NCBI GenBank assembly: GCA_965222115.1
Contig: CBDCTJ010000007.1
Span: 1,568,001 to 1,632,000 of the forward strand
Direction of reading: 5' to 3'
Length of the DNA: 64,000 nt
Source: Planctomycetota bacterium
GTDB taxonomy: Bacteria > Planctomycetota > PLA2 > JAEUHO01
Shown: positions 1 to 8,306 of the stretch, one piece after another
Position numbering within the stretch: the stretch's first letter is position 1
Layout: each line of letters begins with the position of its first letter
Position numbers and translations under genes: made by a program
Notes under the pieces: generated by a model
Database searches by the model: none
What the model was told of the DNA's origin: nothing
What the model saw: the letters and a program-made list of their open reading frames with translations, nothing else

Positions 1-3000
1 GAAGAAGTGCTGACTCATAACCTGGTCACGTTTCCGGGCGTCGGCCTTGATCTGACGCTGAGCCTCACCTACCGATCAAGGAGAGACTACAAGCACCGCT
101 ACGGGAACAATTGGTTCTTCAATCACGACGTCCGAGTGCATCCAGAGACAAATGGTGATGTGACGTATCAAAGTCCGTATGGGCGACTGGATACGTACAA
201 GACGATCGGCTCCGGGAGCTTCCAGTCGCCGGTGCATTACGATACTACCTTGGTTGTGCTGCCCGGCATCGGCCACCAAGTAACCGATCGCTTCGGCACA
301 GTAAGCACATTCGATCTCCTCGGACAGCGCATTAGTCTGGCAGATCGATACCAGAATACGATTGCATACACGTGGCAAAACGGGCTATTGACAGGGATCA
401 GGGACACCCTCCTGCGGGACTACGTACTCAACTACGACGCCAACGCAAGGCTCTCAAGTATCGTGGACTACGGCGGTCGTATTTGGACGTTCAACTATGA
501 CTACATGGGGAACCTTAGAACCATCAGTGCACATGGCTCAAACGGGGTCGCCGGCACGTTCTTCTCATACACCAGTAACGATCCTCAGGTGAAGTTCCAG
601 GGGAACCTCCTGCATGTCACGAATCCCAACGGTGAGCGGGCTCAAACGCTTGAGTATGACGAACACGATATGGTCGTGAGGGAGAAGCTGGGAGATGGTG
701 AATACTTCTTTAGCTACGACACCAATCTTCAGCAGACAACCGTCATAGACAGAGTCGGTACCAAGACGCGGTGGACATTCGGCGCCTTTGCCGTTGCTAC
801 TGAAAAACGTATTTACAATCAGGGTATTCGCCCGAACGCGCCGGTCGGAAGCTGGGAAGACACGAAATGGGAAGTCGACCCCAACACCGGAATGGTGGTC
901 ACTGAGTCCTACTACGCAGGCGGGCGAACTGAGTTCATCTATGATAACAAACTAAACCTGACTAACGTTCGCCGCAAGTTGATCGATACCGCTACGGATA
1001 GTTCTACCGATCTCGTTACGACATACGAATACGCCGTTCAGAAGTTTAATCAGCTGAAAGGGATTACCGATCCCATGGGCAACTACACTGCCATGACGAT
1101 CGATCTGAGCGGGAACACTATCTCTACTACGCGACCTACCGTGACGCAGCCCGTTTCGCAGACGGCGACGGAGGGCGCGACATTTGATACCCGAGGGCGG
1201 ATCACATCCTCAACCGACTCCGAGGGGCGCCTCACGACGTTTACTTACTACAACACAGGTGTTCAGTTCGGCTATTTGTATCAAGTCATCCGCGATCCAA
1301 GTGGACTCGCTCTCACGACGACGTTTGATTATGACCAGTACGGAAATGTGATCGCCGTAACCGATCCGCTAGGCAAGAAGACGGAAATGACGGTGAACCT
1401 AGGAAACTACGTCACCGAGATCAAGGCGCCTGCACCGCTCAACTACCGAAAGAAGCTGAGTTACGACAAGAACGGGAATCTGACGCTTGTTGAGACGGAG
1501 AACATTGATAAGGACGGCGTACTTGACGCGACGACCCCCTGGATTGAAGAGAGCTACACCTACAACGAGCTGGGTTGGCGTCTATCGTCAACCAGGAGCC
1601 TCACCGCGACAGAGGCAGCCACCACGTCGTTTGAGTACGATTTTGAGGGACGAGTAGTCCGGGTGGCTGATCCGACCGGAATTTGGACGAAGTTTCAGTA
1701 TGACGAGCGGGGGTTCTTGTTCAAGATCAAGCGCGCGGTGCAGGATGCCCCGAACACAACAACGGTAACGACGCTCCATGACGCTCGCGGCAATTTGATT
1801 AGCACGACTGACGCCGAAGGAAATACAACAGCCAGTATCTATGACAACTATGATCGCATTACTAGGCGAACGAACGCACTAGGAAACTATATAGCGTGGA
1901 CGTATGACAAGAACGGGAACGTGTTGACTTCGGCTGCGTACGACGCATCCGCCGTTCTCCAGTCTCAGACGACCAATCACTTTGACGAGCGCGATCGAAT
2001 TTGGAAGCGCGTGCGAAGCCGGTTTGGGCCGGGGCTTACGCCAAGTTATCCAACGATGACGATTCAGCACGATATGACGAACCGTGTCACTGAGATCAGA
2101 GATCCACTCAACAACAAGACGACCTACTCGTACGACGCCGTAGGACGGCAAGTCTTGGTCCAAGACGCCATCGGAAATGAAACCGAGTGGATTCTCGATG
2201 CGCGCGGGCAAGCTACAAAGATCAAGCGCAAAGACATTCCTACCGCCGGTGGATCGGAGACATTTGAGACGGAGTTCGTCTATGACGTGCTCGGGCGCAT
2301 GACTTCGCGTCGTGAGATCGATCGACTTAACGCATCCAATATTCTCACGACCAATTTTTCCTACGATAGTCGTGGGAATCTGACGTTCCGAGTTGACGCC
2401 GAGGGCAACCCGGTGCGTTGGACGTACGATCTGGCCAGCCGTCAGACAAGTTACGAGCGCGCGTTGGCAACGGGTACGGGTATTGAGGACTTTACGAACA
2501 GCATTCTTGAGACGGCGACCTATGACGCGGCGGGTCGGCTTAAGACGATTTCCGATGACAACCTGAACACGACAATCTACGCGTACGACAGTCATGGGCG
2601 GATGCATCAGACGACGTTTGCCGACGCCAAGACGGTTTCGCTCACATTTGACAAGAACAACCTCGTAAAGACCCGTACGGATCAAAACGGTACGGTTGTT
2701 ACCAATTCGCGTGACGTTCTTGGCAGGCTGACCTCCCGATCGATTGCGAGGGCCAGCGGGGTCTTGGGAGATTCCTCAGAAGTCTACACTTACGACGCGC
2801 TCAATCGCGTTACGAAGGCGTGGGATTCAGACTATCAGGTGGTGTTCACTCGTGACAGCATGGGGAACCTTCTGTCGGAGAAGCAAGGATACTCGGTTGC
2901 CGGTCAGGAGAAGTGGAAGACTGTAACGTCTTCGTATACCGACGCGGGTTCTCGGAGCGTATTGAGTTATCCCAGCGGATTCATTGTTTCCTATCAGCGT

Positions 3001-5025
3001 GACGCGATTTACCGCATGACGATCATGACGGATGCGTTGGCGTCGGCAAATATCGCCACCTTCACGTTCCAGGGGGCGAATCGGCTTGCTAAGACGACGA
3101 ACCAAAACTCGACCACGACCGATCACGGCTACGATGGCTTTGCGCGACTCTCGCAACTTGATCACAAGAATGGTTCGAGCCAGAGTTTCCACATGTTTGA
3201 TTATTTGTATGACAAAGTGCACAACCGGCGAATGGAGAAGAATTCGTTCAATTCCACCTGGATCAACGCGCTGCCCTCCGGCATTCAGCCGTTCCTAAAT
3301 GGGAGAAACGGCAAGGGCGATGTCTATGCCTACGATATGGCCTATCGCATGGTGGACACGCGATATGACGTGACTAGTCCTGCGGCGGAGGTGGCCACGC
3401 CCGGTTCGCAAACCTACGTCACCAAGCAGATCTACACGCTTGATGGGCTAGGTAATCGTAGCCAGACACAACAGACGCCTTGGGGAGGCTCAAGTTCGAC
3501 GACAACCTACACGTTCAACGCCATGAACGAGTACACGGCGATCGGAAGCACCTCGCGGACACACGACAGCAACGGCAGTCTGACGAATGATGGCACCCAG
3601 ACGTATCACTATGACTATCAGAATCGTTTGATCGAGGTCAGGGCCGTTGGGCCGAGTACGCTTATCGCAAGGTATAAGTACGATGCGCTGGGTCGGCGTG
3701 TAGAGAAGTACGTCGCGTCAGGAACGGCCACCACACGCTATGTGCTTGATGGCTCGGACATAGCCGAGGAGTACGACGGCGCGGACACTTGGGCAGCGCG
3801 ATACTTCCATGAAGACCGCATTGACCATCCGCGGGCGATGGATCGTGCTGACATCTCGGATGTAGATGGGGATAGCGATACGAGCGAAGTGCTACGCTTT
3901 CATTATCACCAGAATGCACTGGGGAGCGTAAGCGAGGTTTCCGCTCCCGGTGGCGGTGTGGTTGAGTGGGTGACGTATGACGTCTATGGAAAGGCGACTG
4001 TTCGCAACTCGGCTGGAACGACGCAGGGCTCAAGCTTTGTCGGCAACCCGTTCCTGTTCACGGGGCGAGAGTTCGACGCCGAATCGGGAATGTATCACTA
4101 TCGCGCGAGAGCGTATGACCCCGAGGCGGGGAGATTCTTGCAGAGAGACCCGTTGGGGTATGTGGATGGACTCAACTTGCTAGCCTACGTTGCTAGCAAC
4201 CCTGTAACACTCAATGACCCGTTGGGGCAGGCGATTCAGCTGCACAGTGGGGTAGGTGGAGGTGCACCATTCAGCCATTTTAGTGCCGTCGGTTGGGGGA
4301 CAAAACCCGTAAGTGAGGTTATTGGAAGTATCGGAAGCAGTCTACAAGGAGGATTTGAGACGCTCGGCAATTTGATGGCAGATGTGGGCGAAGAGATGGC
4401 GAGCAGCGTATCGTTGGTCTTGAGGCCGGTCACAGAACTCGGGAATGGCATCAATAGCGCTCTTGGAATAGATGATGAACTCGCGGCTGCTGAGGAGTAC
4501 GTAGGTAAGAAAGTTGAGGCGGGAATGAACTGGGCGGGCAGTAAAGTAGGTCTATCTGGGCGAGCACTAGGTGGACTTACGGGTGCCTTTGGCGGAGGTA
4601 CGGCTCTGGCCAGGCGGTTAAGGAGTCGTGGCGCAAGGTCAGCTCCCTCACCAGTCGACTTTGTGGATGATCCTACTCCTCCGACGACTGTCGTGACGAC
4701 TGGGACGAGCGCTGCTAAGAAGGCAAAGTGCCCAGTTGTAGTAAAAGAGAGGGTGAGCAAAGGCGCGGATGGCGCAACGTCGAGGCATATCATTGAGAAG
4801 GACGCTGGCGGAAACACTAATTCAAAGACTCATGTCGTAGAAAAGGATGGTGAAATCATCCACCAGCATCAAGAGCATGTAGGTAAGGAAGGGAGTACTC
4901 GGAGATTTCCCGATTCATGGACGGGGACGAAAAGTGTGAATGCGCGCGATCACGTAAAGACTGGCCCAAGAATGCGACCCGATCCATCCAGGCCCGATGG
5001 GAAAGAGGGTCCCCATGGGAGATGA
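1..5025 (+). CDS. RHS/YD-repeat polymorphic toxin, N-terminus outside the window
   Basis: Frame is open from base 1. Dozens of YD/YDxxGR repeats. RHS core signature PFLFTGREFDAESGMYHYRARAYDPEAGRFLQRDPLG...NPVTLNDPLG. A ~265-aa variable C-terminus follows the DPLG (from 4228). Confidence 0.95.
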   Translation, partial: EEVLTHNLVTFPGVGLDLTLSLTYRSRRDYKHRYGNNWFFNHDVRVHPETNGDVTYQSPYGRLDTYKTIGSGSFQSPVHYDTTLVVLPGIGHQVTDRFGTVSTFDLLGQRISLADRYQNTIAYTWQNGLLTGIRDTLLRDYVLNYDANARLSSIVDYGGRIWTFNYDYMGNLRTISAHGSNGVAGTFFSYTSNDPQVKFQGNLLHVTNPNGERAQTLEYDEHDMVVREKLGDGEYFFSYDTNLQQTTVIDRVGTKTRWTFGAFAVATEKRIYNQGIRPNAPVGSWEDTKWEVDPNTGMVVTESYYAGGRTEFIYDNKLNLTNVRRKLIDTATDSSTDLVTTYEYAVQKFNQLKGITDPMGNYTAMTIDLSGNTISTTRPTVTQPVSQTATEGATFDTRGRITSSTDSEGRLTTFTYYNTGVQFGYLYQVIRDPSGLALTTTFDYDQYGNVIAVTDPLGKKTEMTVNLGNYVTEIKAPAPLNYRKKLSYDKNGNLTLVETENIDKDGVLDATTPWIEESYTYNELGWRLSSTRSLTATEAATTSFEYDFEGRVVRVADPTGIWTKFQYDERGFLFKIKRAVQDAPNTTTVTTLHDARGNLISTTDAEGNTTASIYDNYDRITRRTNALGNYIAWTYDKNGNVLTSAAYDASAVLQSQTTNHFDERDRIWKRVRSRFGPGLTPSYPTMTIQHDMTNRVTEIRDPLNNKTTYSYDAVGRQVLVQDAIGNETEWILDARGQATKIKRKDIPTAGGSETFETEFVYDVLGRMTSRREIDRLNASNILTTNFSYDSRGNLTFRVDAEGNPVRWTYDLASRQTSYERALATGTGIEDFTNSILETATYDAAGRLKTISDDNLNTTIYAYDSHGRMHQTTFADAKTVSLTFDKNNLVKTRTDQNGTVVTNSRDVLGRLTSRSIARASGVLGDSSEVYTYDALNRVTKAWDSDYQVVFTRDSMGNLLSEKQGYSVAGQEKWKTVTSSYTDAGSRSVLSYPSGFIVSYQRDAIYRMTIMTDALASANIATFTFQGANRLAKTTNQNSTTTDHGYDGFARLSQLDHKNGSSQSFHMFDYLYDKVHNRRMEKNSFNSTWINALPSGIQPFLNGRNGKGDVYAYDMAYRMVDTRYDVTSPAAEVATPGSQTYVTKQIYTLDGLGNRSQTQQTPWGGSSSTTTYTFNAMNEYTAIGSTSRTHDSNGSLTNDGTQTYHYDYQNRLIEVRAVGPSTLIARYKYDALGRRVEKYVASGTATTRYVLDGSDIAEEYDGADTWAARYFHEDRIDHPRAMDRADISDVDGDSDTSEVLRFHYHQNALGSVSEVSAPGGGVVEWVTYDVYGKATVRNSAGTTQGSSFVGNPFLFTGREFDAESGMYHYRARAYDPEAGRFLQRDPLGYVDGLNLLAYVASNPVTLNDPLGQAIQLHSGVGGGAPFSHFSAVGWGTKPVSEVIGSIGSSLQGGFETLGNLMADVGEEMASSVSLVLRPVTELGNGINSALGIDDELAAAEEYVGKKVEAGMNWAGSKVGLSGRALGGLTGAFGGGTALARRLRSRGARSAPSPVDFVDDPTPPTTVVTTGTSAAKKAKCPVVVKERVSKGADGATSRHIIEKDAGGNTNSKTHVVEKDGEIIHQHQEHVGKEGSTRRFPDSWTGTKSVNARDHVKTGPRMRPDPSRPDGKEGPHGR

Positions 5026-5602
5026 TAAGAAGTTGGTTTCGCGAGAAGAGGAGCAGACAAGAGTGGAAGGTTGTGAAACGCTGCTGCGCCACTTGGTTCA
5101 GATCGCAATGGGACTGGCAAGAGTACCTCGGGCCGGCGATGTATATATGCAACGGATCTTGAATTGCGCCATAGGATGGCTCAACGATGAGAGTGGTCTT
5201 AGGGGCATCCGCGATGCGTTTCTTGAATTGTATGCAGATCTTCATTCGAGCACTGACAGCCGAAAGCCGTACGAAAAATTCATGAATGCTGTGCTCCATG
5301 ACCCGGCCGCCGAGGTCAGGGCACCTCTGGAGTTTGCTACGTACTATCTCAGTGCCGCGTGCTCTGATACAGAGATGGACTTGACGACCCGTTTTGAATT
5401 ACTAGATGCAATCTTGTGGGATTCGGTAATTCCAAACACTCAAGATTCAGTTCGAACGCACTGCGATGATTTTCGATCGTTGGTTGAAGCTGCAAGCCAC
5501 GACTTGGAAGATGGATTCGAGATCGCGGACATGCGCTTAGACGAATTACTGAGAGAAGGACGAAATCTCTTAGCTGTCATACGAGAACTTGCTAGCTCGT
5601 AG
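5015..5602 (+). CDS. Putative cognate immunity protein (acidic, helical, ~195 aa)
   Basis: Start overlaps the RHS stop (ATG 5015 after AAGAGGG; alternative ATG 4997). Lower GC, like the toxin tip. Classic toxin-immunity arrangement. Confidence 0.7.
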   Translation: MGDDKKLVSREEEQTRVEGCETLLRHLVQIAMGLARVPRAGDVYMQRILNCAIGWLNDESGLRGIRDAFLELYADLHSSTDSRKPYEKFMNAVLHDPAAEVRAPLEFATYYLSAACSDTEMDLTTRFELLDAILWDSVIPNTQDSVRTHCDDFRSLVEAASHDLEDGFEIADMRLDELLREGRNLLAVIRELASS

Positions 5603-5616
5603 AGATACGGAGTACG

Positions 5617-5658
5617 GGCAAAATCCACACTTTTCGGGGAAGTGCCGGATTCATTGCC
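5617..5658 (+). terminator. Imperfect hairpin after the immunity gene, possible terminator
   Basis: GGCAA-AATCC-ACACTT...AAGTG-CC-GGATT-CA-TTGCC; no strong U-tract. Confidence 0.35.
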
Positions 5659-5743
5659 AGAGGCCGAGCAAGGACTAGGTCCTCATCCTTCGACAACAAG
5701 AACGGCGCCTGAGCGCATCTCCCCGCCACGGTAAACTAGCACC

Positions 5744-6592
5744 ATGCCCGGTCGCCCACTGCCCCACCGCTTGCGTCGCCTGACGTGGATGGCCTGTGTT
5801 CCCGTAGCGGTCGCCGTGATCCTATTGACCATTGATTTCGTGGAAGACAAGCAGCGCGCAACACCGGCGCCATTCACCCGGATTCGACCTCAAGCGCGAA
5901 CACCAGTAACGGTAATGGCGCCCACCGACAACACGTTGCTCCGTCTCGTTGAACAGATGTATCCAGATTCACCCAGAGCAAACGCGCCAATAAGCAATCA
6001 AGAATCTGCACCGACCATTCCACCCCTCCGCGCCTTCGCCATCTCCATGTGGATTCACGGTGATTCTGGAACCACATTGACATTGCGTTGCAAAGATCCA
6101 GCCCACGACATCGCCTATTGCATTGGCACCGACAACCCTGATCGAGACGTGAAGTTGGTAGGAGTGGATGTGGACGACAAACTTGCGCGCTTTACTGTCA
6201 GTCGCGGCGATGAGCAGTACACCTTCGAGTTCGATCGAAGCCGTGAGTTCCACAGCCCCGTCATTCGGTTCAGTTCGCCTGGAACAGTGCTAGGCGCTCA
6301 AGGCTATCACTCCCAAGTGGCCGCAAGCGCCAAGCACCCAGACCTCAAGGCGGTTCCTTACTTCGATAACCGCGGCAAGTGCATTGGCATGCGTGTCACC
6401 GGACTTCGCTCGGATTCGTCATGGGCGAACCGTGGGATTGAGCGTGGTGACGTGCTACTCGCGGCAGATGACATCGCGATGCACCAGCCTGCCGTGTTTC
6501 GCAAGCGAGTGAAGGGCGGATGGGCGCCAAAGAGTCTCAAGATCGGGAAGATCGAAGGTGGCGGGCTTCGTGAGGTAGAGCTGGGCGGGTAG
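5744..6592 (+). CDS. Membrane-anchored PDZ-domain protein, GspC (T2SS protein C)-like architecture
   Basis: N-terminal TM helix and central beta-rich domain. The C-terminal PDZ AVPYFDNRGKCIGMRVTGLRSDSSWANRGIERGDVLLAAD resembles GspC PDZ domains. Confidence 0.6.
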   Translation: MPGRPLPHRLRRLTWMACVPVAVAVILLTIDFVEDKQRATPAPFTRIRPQARTPVTVMAPTDNTLLRLVEQMYPDSPRANAPISNQESAPTIPPLRAFAISMWIHGDSGTTLTLRCKDPAHDIAYCIGTDNPDRDVKLVGVDVDDKLARFTVSRGDEQYTFEFDRSREFHSPVIRFSSPGTVLGAQGYHSQVAASAKHPDLKAVPYFDNRGKCIGMRVTGLRSDSSWANRGIERGDVLLAADDIAMHQPAVFRKRVKGGWAPKSLKIGKIEGGGLREVELGG

Positions 6593-6593
6593 T

Positions 6594-6669
6594 TGGTAGG
6601 GGCAGAGGGATTCGAACCCCCGACCAATGGATTAAAAGTCCACTGCTCTACCGACTGAGCTATGCCCCC
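6594..6669 (-). tRNA. tRNA-Lys(TTT), CCA encoded
   Basis: Reverse complement GGGGGCATAGCTCAGTCGGTAGAGCAGTGGACTTTTAATCCATTGGTCGGGGGTTCGAATCCCTCTGCCCCTACCA folds into a 76-nt cloverleaf with anticodon TTT. Confidence 0.97.
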
Positions 6670-6741
6670 ACGTCGGAATTGGGGCGGTCAGTGTAGCGAC
6701 GGGGCGGGCGGCGTCGAGGTGGAGAATAGGGCCGGAATCAC

Positions 6742-7740
6742 CTACTGCGAGATCAGGTGGTCGGCGAGTGCGTGCGCGCTGTCCCACGCGAGGGCCGGCG
6801 GGTTGTCGTTTCCGAGGCACCAGCTGCCTACACAACCCAAGTTCTCTTCCGCGTCGAACAAGTACGGCGCGCCCAACGCGACTTCAGTGTGGGCGAAGTC
6901 CCAGCGGAACGTGCTTGCGTGAATCAGATCGGGTAGCGACGAGCGACCCAGTGCTCGCGCAAACGCTTCAGTAAGTAAGGGCAACGTCTCGGCTTCGGTG
7001 CGCAGCTGCTGTGGAATGCTCCATGACGTTGTCGCGTGTGCCATCCATAATTCTGGGAGCTGTTCGCGGCCCGGCTTATGGGATTCACACACGAGTAGCG
7101 CCAAGGGGGAGTTGTTGATGTGGGCACAGTCGTAGGGGACATCAAGTGAGTTTTCAAAAGCCACAGCGAGCGTCCATCTCGGGTGGGCCGAAACGCGGTC
7201 GAGCTGAGCAACAACGCGAGGCACCGCGTCCATGACCGACGCTGCCTGTGCTGCCGGAATGGCCGTGATCACGCCATCAAACGGGCCCGCATGTTGGTGA
7301 TCGATGTCCATCAAGTGCCATGCGTCACCACCACGCATGACACGCGCAATCCGTCGTCCCCGCTGAACGTCGACGCCCTCCAACAATGAGGCAACGACTC
7401 TCGACGCATATGGCCCGGCAGCATTCGGATCGCGTACCTCGATTGCAACCCGCTTGTTGACGCCGTTTTCGAATTGTGGATTCCACCACGTGAGGAGCCC
7501 CTCGCCGCACCATCGATCGATCTGTTTGTCCAGCGATCGATTGGATTGCCAAAGCCATGGCAGGTGGCGCCCAACATGCAACTCGCCGCGGGTCGTAGGA
7601 CGTAGCGTTCCGCCAACTGCTAAGTCTTTTTCAAAGACGGTAACGTTGCGCCCGGCGTCAACCAGGCGACGTGCCAGCGCCGCACCCGCAAGGCCGGCAC
7701 CAATGATTGCAATGCTTGATTGGATTGAAGGCTGAATCAC
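6742..7740 (-). CDS. FAD-dependent oxidoreductase, renalase-like (COG3380 type), divergent
   Basis: Rossmann motif IAIIGAGLAG...VFEK; FDGVITAIPAAQA; CESHKPGR; C-terminal RW...GSWCLG. Confidence 0.8.
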   Translation of the reverse strand: MIQPSIQSSIAIIGAGLAGAALARRLVDAGRNVTVFEKDLAVGGTLRPTTRGELHVGRHLPWLWQSNRSLDKQIDRWCGEGLLTWWNPQFENGVNKRVAIEVRDPNAAGPYASRVVASLLEGVDVQRGRRIARVMRGGDAWHLMDIDHQHAGPFDGVITAIPAAQAASVMDAVPRVVAQLDRVSAHPRWTLAVAFENSLDVPYDCAHINNSPLALLVCESHKPGREQLPELWMAHATTSWSIPQQLRTEAETLPLLTEAFARALGRSSLPDLIHASTFRWDFAHTEVALGAPYLFDAEENLGCVGSWCLGNDNPPALAWDSAHALADHLISQ

Positions 7741-7770
7741 GCCGAGAGCATACGGCCTAACCGCTGCGTG

Positions 7771-8199
7771 TTACGCGCATTCTGCGCAGCGACCGCGAAT
7801 CTCGATGTTGTAGGCGCGTGCATGAAAGTCGCTGGGCGCCAGCGCGTCGATGTCCAACGACTCCAGCGACTCGTGTTGAATGTCGCGCACCGCGCCGCAA
7901 CGGTCACAGAGCAAATGGTGGTGACGCACGGGGTTGGCGTCATAGCGCGCACTGCTACTGGGATGACTGATTCGATGCACAAGCCCAAGCTCGGCGAATG
8001 TTTCGAGCGAACGATAGACGGTTGTACGGGACATTCCTGAGAGGCTGCTCGACACCGCATCAAATACCATGTCGGCTGTGGGATGATCCGTGCGCGATGC
8101 CAACTCGCGATAGATCGCCAAGCGCTGCACCGTGACGGGAATCCCGCGTTCGCGAAACAGCCGCTTCAGCGCATCGGTGGCGAGGGCGCCTTGTTGCAT
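7771..8199 (-). CDS. Fur-family transcriptional regulator (PerR-like)
   Basis: VTVQRLAIY, HPTAD, SRTTVYRSL, HHHLLCDRCG and C-terminal CAEC. Start at ATG 8199 or 8262. Confidence 0.92.
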   Translation of the reverse strand: MQQGALATDALKRLFRERGIPVTVQRLAIYRELASRTDHPTADMVFDAVSSSLSGMSRTTVYRSLETFAELGLVHRISHPSSSARYDANPVRHHHLLCDRCGAVRDIQHESLESLDIDALAPSDFHARAYNIEIRGRCAECA

Positions 8200-8306
8200 G
8201 GAAACGATCCTTCCGTCCAGGGCGGTTGGCGCGATCTTCCGGTCGTCGCCCACCGGATCCATAACGTACCTTGCACGTTGCCCGCGCAAAATCCGTGGTC
8301 GGGCTG

